From: Hypanus sabinus | Lineage: Eukaryota | Assembly (NCBI RefSeq): GCF_030144855.1 | Contig: NC_082708.1 | Location: 17,794,001 to 17,858,000, forward strand | Reading direction: 5' to 3' | DNA: 64,000 bases | Shown: piece by piece, positions 1-13,099 of the stretch | Numbering within the stretch: position 1 is the stretch's first letter | Layout: every line of letters begins with the position of its first letter | The notes under the pieces: model-generated | Database searches by the model: none | Seen by the model: the letters and a program-made list of their open reading frames with translations, nothing else | What the model was told of the DNA's origin: nothing | Position numbers and translations under genes: made by a program

Positions 1-110
1 TTTTTGAAGTTTGTAGAGATGGCTTTAGGGACAGAGAGGGGAGTTAAAGTTCAGGTCAGTCTTTACGGACATTGATGTGGAGCAATTAGAGGATGAATTA
101 GGGTTTGGAG

Positions 111-2956
111 CAGGGGTTCTCAGCATGAAGTCTATGGACCCCTTGAGAGTGAATGGATGGGTTCCAGGGGTCTGTGAACTTGCATGGGAAAAAATTTACA
201 TCTTTCTTTTCACTACTCACCAACTGAAATTTCACATTTCCTTCAATTACGAACGTAGGCAACAAACCACAGTGGTATAAGCAGTACCTGTGCCTTTATC
301 ACCAACAGAAATCATTGAAATTTTCAAATCAATTTACAGTTGTTACAAACATCTCAAAATATCGTTTACAGCACGCTCATCACCACTTCGGAATTATGGT
401 AGTTATTAGACCCGTTGCTAGATCGAATATGATTGCAACTTCCCTGTCTGCAGACACCCATGCAAAGTAGCAGGCCAGCTACTGTGTAGCCCGTCACCTA
501 ATCGCCTTTCAGCCACCAGTGAAGTCCCTCGTTCTCACATTTGTGACCCAGATATCAACGTTGCTCTCTAATATTCCCTATATACAATTGCTTGTTAATC
601 AGTGCATTGATGAAGATGAGTCATTTTTATTGTTCATTAACGTTTTGCAAAACTGAACAGTTCAGATGAGAATTCTTAACTTTTCATTTTGCTGTGTGGC
701 CTTTTGTTAAACCATGCAACTCCTTGTGCAACACTATCCAGATTCAAGGAAGGATTCTTTCCTTGGATTAATTAGATTCTAGGAATAGTCGGATTCTAGG
801 AACGCCCGAGCTACTGCGGTAATCCCTGTGCCTCTCCAAGTATCTAAAAGCCATTAAAAGTGTTAAACTTCGGATATTTTCTAAAATCTGCCTTATTTTA
901 CTTGTTACACAAATTGTTTGAACATCATGCACTTCACTCAATTAACATACAGATTAGTTATTTCTTTGCAGATTTAGCAAACAAATTACTTGCAAACCAT
1001 ACAAAAATAGTGAGCTTCAAATAAAAAAATGTCAATTGAAACAAATATTTTATTTTAGCTTTATTTATTTTACGTATTTTTGCTGACCCAATTTAAGTTG
1101 AAATGTCGAAGAATGAAAACTATGTATTATATAACTTTGCTTGCATTAGTAAATGTGACAGGAGATAAAAGCCAGCACTTTTTGTGCAGAAAAATTCTTA
1201 CAAGCAAAAGTACAAAGCCAGCAAAACTGAAAGAGCACCTTGTCTAAACATCTTGAAACTGCATCTAAAGGTGTTGGTTTTTTTGTATGAAGAAAGCTCA
1301 ATTCGAAAAAGTTGGGAAATTCGAAAAAATGGTAGAGCTGGTTTGCAGGCAACAGGGAATAATTGGAAGTGGTTCCCTTATCAAATAATGTGATATGTTC
1401 TTGAATAGTTGATATTTCTTGTAACATTTTGAAGAAGGTCGCTGAGGAATAGGCAGCCTCTCAATTCCCATTCGGTATGCAACTTGACAAAACTACAGAC
1501 AATCTCGATGTAGTCAGCTCCTTGCTTTTGTTTGTTATGCATGTGCTGATGCCATCAAAGAAGAATTCTTATTTTGTGAGTCCCTTTTGGAAATTACAAG
1601 GACCATGAACATTTTGGAAATAGTAAAAAAAATTGACAAACAAAACCTTCATTAGAAATAAATACTTCATATTCTTTGCAGAGATGGAGCTCCGGTGATG
1701 CATGGTAATATATCTGCTATTGATACTCCAGTGAAAAAGGAAGCTCCTCACATCATTGTCACTTACTGGTTTTCACACGGATGTGTGAAACAGCCATAAG
1801 GTCATCAACTTTATTAGAAGCAGGACTCTGAATGATTGCATTTCTAAAAGACTTTGTCTAGAAATGGGTGCAGAATATGAAGTGCTTCTCCACCACGCAG
1901 AAGCTAGCTGGATTTCAAGAGGACAAGTCGGGAAGTGCTAGTTCCAACTAAGGACAGAGTTGCACTTTTTCTGAAAATCCACTCTTGGAACAGTTTTGTA
2001 TCTATGGGTTGGTTTACCTGGCAGATATTTTTAACCATATTTATGAAGTAACTCTTTCAAGTCAAGGTCCTGAAGTCACCATTATGGATGCTACTGGAAA
2101 ATTACAAACTTCTTTGTAATGCTGATATGCTCATGCTGAAATGGAAGAGAAGAAGGGAGTAGAGTCCACTTTCAAATGCTGAAAGAAGTGCTTTACCAAC
2201 ACGGAGTTGAGATACAAATTTTCTTTCAATTTCTTTGAAGAGGCACATATGCAAGCAACTGGAAACACTTAAAAACTCTTTTAAAAGTTATTTCCATCTT
2301 GATGGTATTAAAGTTGAACCTTGGATCAGCAATCCTTTTCTTTCTGTTGTGAACTGTATCAAAGGTGTCGATCTACCCAAAGATGAACTCATTGTTCTCA
2401 GCACAAAAAATCCTACAACAATCGGAGGTTAACTCAAAAGGCCTTGGAGAACTCTGATGTTCCTTGAGAGAAGCCTAACCGTGCCTTGTAAATCAAGCTA
2501 TGGAAGCTTTAATTCTGTTTCCAACAACATACCTTTGTGAATCAGGATTTTCAACACTTGTAACCATTAAAACAAAAAATCGAACTCGATTGGATATCCA
2601 ACATGACATGCATGTTACTTTGTCAAGGACCACCCCACAGTTTAATGTTCTTATTCAAGCTGAGCAACAACAGTCTTCACATTGATATATCTTTAAAAAT
2701 AAAATTTCATTTTAACTTGCCTATATTTTAAATGTATAGTGTTGTTATTTAATGCAAGAATAATGCGGCACAAATATTACTATATCACAAATTTCTAATT
2801 TGTGATATTTTGTTAACTATATTTCAATGTAATCTTTTATTTGTCATCCTATGTATTTTATTTGATATATTTAAATATATTATACTGAGAAGGTGTTTAT
2901 AGGTTTCACCAGACTGCCAAAGGGGTCCATAACATAAAAAAGGTTAAGAACCCCTG
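111..2956 (+). mobile_element. hAT DNA transposon, Charlie/Buster type (resembles mammalian Charlie7), near full length, decayed
   Basis: TIRs caggggttct (111-120) and aggttaagaacccctg (2941-2956). Degenerate 8-bp TSD gtttggag/gtttaagg, with a central TA in the right copy. Internal transposase remnants. Confidence 0.9.
1150..2685 (+). pseudogene. Fragmented Buster/ZBED5-type hAT transposase
   Basis: ORF 2500-2685 FPTTYLCESGFSTLVTIKTKNRTRLDIQHDM...QQQSSH is the hAT C-terminal dimerisation region. ORF 2235-2432 contains WISNPF. Many stops and frameshifts. Confidence 0.85.
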
Positions 2957-3954
2957 GTTTAAGGACAATGATGTGGAGGAGTTAGAAGTCAGGCCACTTC
3001 TCTCTGGATGAGGTCCAGCGAGATGGACAGGTGACAAAGGGCATCTGAAGTCTAGGCCTCTGCCCCACACACCATGTTCAATGGGCAATGATGTGGATGG
3101 GTGACAAAGTACATCTAGATTCTCAGCCTCTGCTGCATGCTCAAAGGCCAGTGAAACGGACAGGTGATGAAGGGCATCTGCAGACATTGAGCTATCCAAG
3201 GTTATTAGGTCCCGGGATTAGATACCCATGCGAGCAGGATGCACGGGGAGGCACGAGAGCCTGTGGGTCGGCATGCCCAGAGTTTGATCCTGGAGACAGA
3301 GGTCCCATCGTCAGCTAGACCAGGTTCAATACTAATGACCAAAGCCCAAAAACTTTCCTCAAAACACCTTAAATTATGCCCCCTCACAATAGCCATTTCT
3401 GTTGTGAAATGGACTGAATGGATAGCATGCAAAACAAGCTCTTGCAGTTTCTCAGTACGTGTGAAAGATAATAGACCAATAACCCAAGGTTACGAACACT
3501 GATTCCCATGTTTAGCTGCTTACGAGGAAGAAACTGCAGAGCTGTAAACAGAAGCAGACCGTTGATGCCCAACTGCTTGCTCGGCACAACCCAGATAGGT
3601 TGATTGGCTTTGAACTCTTGGTGGCTTTTCTGAAGATATGATGCCCTTAATTAGTCAGCCCTGTATAAGCAGGTCTATGCTTAAATGGTAACCACAGAAG
3701 ACATCAGTTGCTGCTGAGGTGAGTGATGCGGGGGGACGTTGCAGCTTTAAGCAATTTGAGCTATTTTTAGGTGACTGAAGGAAACCATGTTGCATTTCAT
3801 GAGGATTATACGTGAGGTTAAGCTGGTGCCTTACTTGTTTTATGTCCTTGTAAAAACGAGATAAATCAGTGCCATAAAAAAAAAGACATAAAAATCTGTT
3901 AACAAGATTGGGACAGAGTAGTGCTGAATGGTCAGATGAGTTTCAGAGGGATTC

Positions 3955-5050
3955 AATGGAGCAGCCTTCAAAAAGGCAACACTTACCGTCAAAGGTCTCC
4001 TCCATCTGGGTCATACCACTTTCTCATAGCTACCATCGGGCGGGAGGTACAGAAGCCTGAATTCCCACAACATCAGGTTCAAGAACAGTTACATCCCTTC
4101 AGACATTCAGTTCTTAAACCAACCTGCGTGACCCTGACTAGTACCTCAATATAGCAGCACCATGACCACTTTACACAACAGTTAGCTTTTTTTTTCTAAT
4201 CGTGTTGTTTCTTGTAGAAATTGCATGTAAGTTTTTCATTTCCCCTGTGCACACATGCATGGGCATATCACAATGAACTCCACTTTGCATTTGATATCTG
4301 TCACATTGGAGGATCTCTGAGGACCTATCCTGGGCTCATCAGATCGATGCAGTTACAAAGAAGGCACAACAGCAGCTATATTTCATTCGGGGTTAGAGGA
4401 AATTTGGTATGTTACCAAAGAAACTCGCAAATTTCTACAGATGTATGATGGTGAACATTCTGACCGGTTGCTTCACAGTCTGGTATGGTGGAGCCACAGC
4501 GCAGGACAGCAAGAAGCAGCAGAGGGTTGCAAACTCAGCCAGCTTCATCACGTGTGCTAGCCTCCCCACCATCTTCGAGGAGTGATGCCTCAAAAACGCT
4601 GCATCCGTCATTACGGACACCCATCTCCCAAGGCACGCCTTTTCCCTTTGCTACAATCAGAGAGGAGCTACAGAAGCATGAAAGCACACACTCAGCGGTT
4701 CAGGAGCAGCTTCGCCCCCTCTGCCATCAGATTTTTGAATGGACATTGAATCCATGAAAACTACCTCACTATTCTTTCTCACTACTTATTTAATTTTAAA
4801 TTCAATAAACTATTTTATATATATATATATGTATGTATAAATATTAGCTAAATTAAATTAGCTGTTAAATCTATAAAAAAATAGTTAAATTAAATAATAG
4901 TGATAAAAAAAGTAGTGAGGTAGTGTTCACGGGTTCAATGTCCATTCAGAAATCTGTGAATTACAGGAAGTATGCAAAGTGCTGCTGCTGTATGACAACA
5001 AATTTCATAACATATATCAGTGATATTAAAACTGATTTTGATTCTGATTT
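3955..5050 (+). mobile_element. Two Rex1/Babar LINE 3' fragments
   Basis: RT C-terminal remnants (KKAQQQLYFIR; antisense ORF 4435-4620) followed by the 3' UTR ggacattgaa...ctacctcac and a (ctgatt)n-like tail. Confidence 0.75.
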
Positions 5051-5265
5051 CACCAAAATATTGAGATTAGTTTATATTCGTTTATACCAGGGTGCATTGA
5101 AACTTGCTTGCATGATTGAAACTCACAGAATAAACAAAATACATTCTAATGATAAATACAACAGTAAGCATAATAAAGAAGGAAAAACAACAGAGTGGTC
5201 CAAATATTGTAGTGCAATCTGAAATAGGGCTAACAGAAACAGTGAAGTGTCAGTGACAGAGTAAC

Positions 5266-5668
5266 ACACACACAACATGCTGGAGGGACTCAGCAGGTCA
5301 GGCAGCATCTATGGAGAGGAATAAACGGTCAGACTATCACACTGAGACGATGCACCATCAATAACTCTCAGAGACGGGACGTGAACAATAGGCTTTTATT
5401 AGTAGCAAAACTGAGCACGGCATCTTGGAGACTGAGGAGGGAGTAGTGCCTCCAATCGCCTTTATATGGGGGTCTGTGGGAGGAGCCACAGGAGCAGTCA
5501 GCAGCAGAGTGCAGAGGGGCATGTCCAGACAGGTATACATAGTTCACCACAGACCTTTCATCAGAATTTTAACTGTTTATTCCTCAGATGCTGCCTGACT
5601 TGGGTTCCTCCAGTATTTTATGTGTGTTACTCTGGACTTCCAGCATCTGCAGAATTTCTTGTGTTTAG
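5266..5668. mobile_element. Palindromic Penelope-derived short element, interrupted by a solo LTR
   Basis: Inverted arms atgctggagggactcagcaggtcaggcagcatct and agatgctgcctgac...cctccagtattt match the terminus of the Penelope element at 18090-18222. Confidence 0.75.
5348..5551 (-). mobile_element. Solo LTR, ~210-bp family A
   Basis: Same sequence as 45480-45693 in reverse (gatgcaccatcaataac...tagttcaccaca). TSD degraded. Confidence 0.8.
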
Positions 5669-5699
5669 TAACAGAATAACCAAAAGGCAGAGTCGATAG

Positions 5700-6540
5700 G
5701 TCAAGGGGTACATTGGCTGTCAGGGAAATATATACAATACACATCCTGAAATTCTTTTTCTTCGCAAACATCCATGAAAACAGAGGAGTGCCCCAAAGAA
5801 TGAATGACAGTTAAAATGTTAGAATCACGTAAGTCTCCCAGCTTCCCCCCCCACACACAATCAACAACAAGGCAATGAACCACCCCCCACCAGCAAAAAA
5901 AACATCGGCACTCCCCACCGAGCACTCAAGCGTGCAGCAAAGCATCAATAAAGACACAGACTTGCAGTACCCCGAAGACGACTTATTTACCCGGTAATTC
6001 AACATACCGCAGGCTCTCTCTCGCCCCAATAAAGGAAAAAGAGGTGTCCCCATTTCACAGAGAGAGGGGAGACATAACAGACAACTCGCTGATTTACGAT
6101 GTTAAAAGTCTGTTGCGTCACTTCTTCCCAGCTCTGCGCCCAGAGATTCGGCATCAGAAGGGCACAGCTCTCCGTATGCACAACCCCGCTGGCTGTGTTG
6201 TACACACTACTCACTGCTCCCGATGTTCCGTGTTCTCCCGCGACTCGGCTGTCAGGGGCACTGGCCGAGAATCAGCAGGTCCCCAGAGCCGCAAATATCC
6301 AGAACCCTGAAGGCCGCGCCTATCATCCAGACCACGTCGTTGGCACATCAAAAAGCGACCGGTCGTGAGGTCCTGAGAGCGGGTCCCATTCCCGCAAAGA
6401 ACCAAAATCAGGGTCTAACTCCGGGTCAAAAGAACCCCCACACCCTGAAAAGGAAAAATGGAGATGTCAACGATAGAAATAAAGCTCCAAAGATACAAGC
6501 AGAGGAGTCGCCATTTAGTGTGATTTTGACTTCGCTCGGC
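5700..6540 (-). repeat. Unclassified interspersed repeat with a LINE-like 3' tail
   Basis: CpG-rich body with a Rex1-like terminal motif near 5700-5770. No recognisable protein. Confidence 0.4.
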
Positions 6541-8055
6541 CTTCTAAGGGTGGTAGAATGTGGCAACTCCATTGGAAAAGGGGATTTGAAGCAGGGAGTT
6601 GGGTCAGAGGTCGGATGGCAGTGGGAAAGAAACTGTTCATAAATCAGGACACCCCAGTTTTCAATCTCCTGCCTCTTCTCCCAGAAGGTAGAGGAGAGAA
6701 AAGGACAGATAACCTTTACAATACTATTACACTTTCTGGAGCAATGCACCATGTAGATAGACTGGATGGAAGAAAGTGATGATCTGCATTGTATTTATCA
6801 CTCTGCAGGTTCAATCAGTCAAGAGCAGACCTGTTGCCATAGCAAACTGAGATCAAGCTGACACAAGTGTGAGGTTATGTTCAAAGTGCAGACAGAGAGA
6901 CACTGAAGCAGATGAGCAGCTCAAAAAGGACAGTGCAGAATTAAAGAAAAGAAAGCAATAAATGCTTGGGTGACAGAGCTGTTAACCAAAGCTCTCAAAC
7001 TGAAAGTTGACGCCCGACACTGTGGGAGGCAGGAACTTAATACTAAATGAATACTGCTCCTTTACAGTGTCAACCAGAACAATAGTCTTCTTTCCCGGAA
7101 GAAGGGTGAAGGTAAACTGGAAGCATAGACGGTGCTGTGCTTTTGGTCAAATCTCAACAAGACTGCAACGAGAGGAAGGGAGTTAAAAATTCCCCACAAT
7201 GAAGCACTAACTGGTTGGAACATGCATACTCACAAGCTTAATTGACAAGTCCATTCCGCAGCCTGCCTGCAAGGCTGTGCAAATCCTGCAGCACAGTTTG
7301 TGGCAGTGACACAACCCCTTAGGATATATTCTATGACCTCTCTTTGAGAGATCATAATGTAAGTGGAGCTCAAACCGTAATACCAGAAACATTCAAAGTT
7401 CAAAGTAAATTTATTACCTAGGTACATATATGTCACCATATACAATCCCATGATTAATTTTCTTGCAGGAATACTTAATAAATCCATAACGGAATAATAA
7501 CCATAATAATAACGTTTGATTCCACCACCCAGTCACTGTGCTTTTTCTCAGTAAGACATCGATGCTGCTAAAGAATTTTATAGCTGACAAATATCTCTGA
7601 CTGGTTTGTCTATCTACGCCTTTCAATAATCTCATTGAAACCTATTGAGTACTGAAAGGCTGAGGTAGAGTGAGTATGAAGAGGATATTTCCTATGAAGG
7701 GGGAGTCTAGGACCTGAGGGCACAGCCTCAGAATAGAAGGATGTCCCCTTAGAACAGAGACTAGAAGGAATTTCTTTGCCCATTGCTATTTCTTCCCAAT
7801 TTGTAGAAATGTGTCAAGGTGTCAGCACAGTAGGCAGGTATGGTAAAAACCAGCTATATTAATTGACAAATCCTTAGAAGGACTGGAACAGTGACATGTC
7901 CTTTGGCCTTTGGGCATCCACCGCTATTTGAATTTTCTGAGCACACTTGTATAATTCTTGTGCAGCAGTGGGATGAGCACGGAAAATGGTGCTTGGTTTA
8001 AATAATTCACACTTGATGTGTTGTGCTCTGAGCCCATAATCTTCTAATCTTTTTA

Positions 8056-9723
8056 CACTCTAACTATCATAACATGGAAGAAACATTGCGGACCCAATGA
8101 TCCTCTGGTCTCGGTATCTGAAGCTAACATGCAAGCTGTCTTCAAGAGGGTGAATCAGGAATAGGCAGGGTACCGAGCCACATTCTGAAGTCCTGTGCTG
8201 ACCAATTGGCTAGTGGATTCACTGAGATCTTTAACCTCTCATCTCAGCACTGTATGGTAGCTATCTGCTCAGCAGGCTTCAATTAGACCAGTGCCCAAGA
8301 AGAGTGGGGTGAATGCCTCAATGACTATTGCCCAGTTGCACTTACACCCACAGTGATAAAGTGTTTTGAGAGGCTGGTGACGAAACATTTCTGCTCCTGC
8401 CTGAGAGGCAACTTGGATCCACTCCAATTTGCCTACTGGTGGAACAGCTCCACAGCAGATGTCATCTCATTGGCTCTTCATACACTCCTAGAACATCTGG
8501 ACAGCAAAGATGCAGACAACCGGATTCTCTTTATCGATCTCAGCTCAACATTCAATACTATCATCCCCTCAAAGCTAATTAATAAGCTCCAAGACTTAGG
8601 CCTCAATACCTCTTTGTGCAATTGGACCCTGGATTTCCTCACTTGTAGACCCCAGTCAGTTCAGATTGACAACAACATCCCCTCCATGACCACTATCAGC
8701 ACAGGTGCACCACAGGGATGTGTGCTTACCCCCTGCTCTACTCAGTTTACACCTATGACTGTGGGGCTAAGCACAGCTCCAATGCCATACTCAAGTTTGC
8801 TGATGACACCACTTCTGTTGACTGTACCAAAGGTAGTGATGAATCAGCATACAGGAGGGAGGTTGAAAATTTGGCTGAGTGGTGTAATAACAACAACCTC
8901 TCACTCAATGTTAGCAAGACCGAGAAACTGATTGTAGAGTTCAGGAGAGGGAAAAGAGAGGTCCATGAGTCAGTCCTCATTGGAGGATCAGAGGTGGAGA
9001 GGATTAGCAACTTTAAATTCCTGGGTGTTACTATTTAAGAGGAGGTGTTCTGGAAACAGCACATAAGTGCAATTGCAAAGAAAGCACAGCAGCACCTCTA
9101 CTTCCTTCGAAGTCTGTGGAAATTCGGTATGACATCTAAAGCTTGGGCAAACTTCTATAGTTGTGTAGTGGAGCATATTGATTGGCTGCATCACGGCCTG
9201 CAATGGAAACACCAATGTCTGAATGGTCATACAAAAGATAGTGGAATCCGCCCAGTACATCACGGGTAAAGCCCTCCCAACCATTGAGCACATCCACATG
9301 AAACACTGTCATCCATCATCAGAGACCCCCACCACGCAGACCTTGTTCATTTCTCACTGTTGCCAGAAGGTAGAAGGTATGTGATCCTCAGGACTCACAC
9401 CAGGAACAGTTGCTTCTCCTCAACCATTAGGCTCTTGAACAAAAGGGAATAACAACAGTCACTTGCCCACCAGTTGGGATGCCTCACCAACCAATGATCT
9501 TATTTTAAGGGCTCTTTATCTCATTATCTCATGTTCTCATTATTTATAACTATTTATTTATATTTGCATTTGCTCAGCTCGTTGTCTTCTGAACTCTGGT
9601 CTATCTTTCATGACCCTGTTATAGTTACTATTCTGTAGATTTGCTGAATATGCCCACAGGAGAACGAATCTCAGGGCTGTATATGGTGACATATATATCT
9701 TTGATAATAAAGCTACTTTGAAC
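8056..9723 (+). mobile_element. Rex1/Babar LINE, 5'-truncated
   Basis: ORFs 8353-8931 ([24 protein letters not shown]), 8718-9038 (KFADDT) and 9045-9269; 3' UTR ends aataaagctactttgaac. Confidence 0.92.
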
Positions 9724-11244
9724 AATGAAACAATGATATCATCCGGGTAACACTGAGTACCTGGGCAGCCTTCAGGCACCTGGTCTGTAGCTTTCTGCCA
9801 GAGTGCAAGTGCAGGTATTACTCCAAAGATAAACCTGTTAAAGTAATAAGGCTCTTTGCGACTGTTGACGTGAGAGACACTTTGGACTCTTCTTCCATCT
9901 CCATTTGTAGATAGGTTTCAGCTAAGTATAATATACTGAAGTATTCCCCTCCAGAAAGGTTTGAAAAGAGGGCAGAGGGCATTGATTTGCTTACAATACT
10001 GGGTTGATGGTGACCTTAAATTCATCACAGATCCTGGCAGACCCATTCTTCTTGGCGACTGAAACCACTGGTGTTGTCCATGGGTTCCACTCAACCTTAG
10101 AAAGAATTCCTTCAGCCTCCATGTGATCTAAGTCACTGGCTGATATATCACAGACAATATAAGGAAATGGAAGGGCTTTGCAAAACTTTGGCATGGTATT
10201 TTCATTTAGGACTCTTTTACCCTTGGTATGTTTGTGTTTTACAATGCCATCCTTGAGCACTGCTGTGGTACCATCCAGTATCTTTCTTAACTCACTTTCA
10301 GTTGGCTCTATTGCAGGGGATGTGGCATGCAAATACTGAATGGATCTCCAGTCAAAATGCAGTTGGCTTAGCCAATCATGGCACAACAAAGCTGGTCCTT
10401 CTGTTTTTACCACATACAAGCCAAATGTGACTTGTTTGGTTTTGTATTTGACTGTTAGAAATGTCATACCCACAGGAGTTATCTTTTCTCCAGTATACGT
10501 TCTTAGTTGGATATCTACAGGCTATAGTTCAGCATCCTTGAACTATTCAAACTCATTTTGTGGAATGACTGGAACAGCTGAGCCGGTGGCCATTCCATTT
10601 TAATTAACTTGCCATTCACTTCTGGCTTCAGCCATTTTGCTTGTCCATTGTTAATTCACAAACTAAATGATGTCTCAGTGTATCATTAAGCCCATTACTG
10701 AACTCGCAATACTCAGAAAATATCTTCAATTCAGCCACATAAATTGAAATAAACTCCCCTTCCTTTTGATACAACTTATGAAACCTAAAGCATTTTGCAA
10801 TCAACAACATTTTTGGTGCTAAATGTTCCCACAATAGCAAAGCTCATATTGGCTGGTTTGCTTGAAGTAGTCAAACTTCTGAGTAAACTCTATGCTTTTC
10901 CACCCAATGCATTCAGCAAAACTAGCAGTCGCTTCTCAATGACTGTTTCGCTTGCTTCAAAATAGCGCTCAGTTCGCTCTGTATACAGTTACCCCATGCA
11001 ATCAAATATGACTTTCTTTCCTATGGAGCCAGACATTTCTGCTTTTTTAGAATTTATGATAATTATCACCCAGTACTCATGGCCTATGAAACCATTAATT
11101 CATCCTGCTTCCTTTTTTTTAAACTTCTGAACAAAGCACACTATGCTTTCTTCCAAAAATGCACATCACCCTACATTGTTTTTTAGCTCAAGCATCTCAC
11201 TGTACTTTAACAGTTAGGTAGTTATTTCAGGTTTGTTTCAAATT

Positions 11245-11497
11245 TCCTCATTGCCACTGTTAATGTTTTGTAACTCCAAAATACAAAACTCACTGAAAGA
11301 AAAGCACAAGCTGGGATAATTCGTGAATGTTCTTAGTTTTATTTTTGGCAAAGCATACGGTGGCATAATGATGTATGCCATTCACGTACTTTTACATATA
11401 ACCCATAATGAATTATTTAAATGAGCAAAGAATGCTTAAACAACACAGTATAATTACAATATTACTCAAATATTAATGAAATATTAAATATACAACA
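11245..11497 (-). mobile_element. Gypsy 5' LTR (11258-11497) with primer-binding site (11245-11256)
   Basis: Minus strand reads TGTTG...TAACA, then tggcaatgagga, which is TGGCGACGAGGA (complement of a tRNA-Ser 3' end) with two CpG transitions. Confidence 0.75.
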
Positions 11498-11634
11498 GAA
11501 ATTACATGCAAGAAACTTTTCAGAAATGTACCCAGAATGTTTTAATCAAATGGTTAAATATTTTACAAATGTTGAATATCACATCACTGTTAACCTTAAT
11601 TGATTCCATTAACCTATGCACCATATGGTTGAAG

Positions 11635-11882
11635 TCATGGACTCATAGAGCACTACAGCATTTTGGGCATCTAGTCCATGCCGAACTGTTATTCTGCCCA
11701 GTTGCATCAACCCATCAACGTACTTATCCAGACTTTTCTGAAATGATACAATCCAACCTGCACCCGCCATTTCCACTGGCAGATGATTACACACCTGCCA
11801 CTCTCAACACCCTCTGATTGAATAAGTTCTTCTCAGGTTCCCCTTAAAGACTTCACCTTTCACCCTTAACCTATAACCCCTA
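11635..11882 (-). mobile_element. CR1 LINE 3' end
   Basis: Homologous to the CR1 3' end at 23278-23600. Confidence 0.7.
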
Positions 11883-13099
11883 CTTTAGGTAATAGTTTGC
11901 ACATTATTTTATAGCAGCTGTAGAATTTCTGTTGGCAACTAAATTTGAGAACTTGTTAAAGATTTCAGAGACAATCAGAATGGGCAGGTAATGTAGTTGA
12001 TGCTGCTCCCTACATTTACCTTGGATTTGCATTGTAGAGCAGATCATATTCATGGAGAACAGAATTCATTTTATGAATTGGGAAGGAGTTCTTCAACTGT
12101 TAGAAGAAGATGCCTGTTGAGGGCATCTTTGTTTCTGTTGCACAGAACAAATGAGGAGAATCCAAGGCACAGAGATTGAGTTGGGGATGCTGGTGCAGAC
12201 ATGAACATTGAACAGCAAACCAGAGGAATCTTGACACGGAGCTCTAATATGGAGTCTTGACATGGAGGCAGGGTTTTCATGGAATATCTTGAAACTGGAG
12301 CTGAACTTGGAACAAACAGTTCTAAGCAATCAAGAAACAAAGTTATCACATGGGAATAGACCAACAAACTCGCAACCTGTGATAGTGATGCCATCGTATT
12401 TATTTCACATTCGCTGATGAAAACCAGGTGTACTGTAATTGAGTAAACTAGCAGTAATTCGAGATCTAATGACTGAAACTTGGGCATAATCAGGGAGAAA
12501 GGAGCATTAAAGGGGAACAGCCAACTGCAACCATGACAGTTTTCCCTTCTGGCAATCAGCACTTCTATAAATACAGCTTCACAAGTCTTCTTTCTAGATG
12601 GTAGGCACAACTCCTAGCTTCTGAAATTCCTTGGCAAGATCACTTCAAAGAAGATGATGTCATGTATTTTCCCAGAAGTACTCCCATACTGTTTTATTAC
12701 CTTAAAGGGGACTTTGATTTGCTTCTCATGCCCTGCTGTTTTTGGATAGTCTTCACATGGCTAACCCAGCACTGGGATTATAGTAGCTAGTTTGTTTTAG
12801 ATAGGAGTTAAGGATACTGACTTCAAAGACAGAATTTTGACTGAGAAGATCTTTGACGTGGTCCTTTCTGTAAACATCAATTGCCTTTGTCTTTTATAAG
12901 CTCTCATCACATTTTGGCTATCAGTGCGGTGAATCTTGGCTTGCTAAGACTTACATGGTCTTGATAATGCTGACTATCCACAGAGTGAGACCGCTGCTGG
13001 ATGTCCCTGGCGTTTTTTTCCACCCATTTCCTTTCCTTAAGCAACATTCCTTTTCTGGTGTCTTCTCCCTTTTTTCCAGTATTGAGGAAGTGTCTCGGA

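Larger units (their letters stand above)
7780..11497 (-). mobile_element. Gypsy LTR retrotransposon remnant (5' LTR, PBS, gag, protease, RT), split by a Rex1 insertion
   Basis: gag-like ORF 10628-10840; protease-like TGSAVPVIP near 10560-10600; RT ORF 9991-10473 (EGILSKVEW..WTTPVV..KKNGSARIC..FKVTINPVL); CYPDDII (YLDD) at ~9735-9755. RT resumes at 7780-8055 (LKRLEDYGLRA..KCE.FK...GFVN). Confidence 0.88.

Noticed and set aside
2235-2685. Domesticated ZBED5/SCAND3-like gene
   Set aside because: The frame is broken repeatedly and is still bounded by TIRs, so it is a decayed transposon.
6223-6642. 139-aa ORF
   Set aside because: It lies in a GC-rich repeat with overlapping ORFs in several frames and has no motif.
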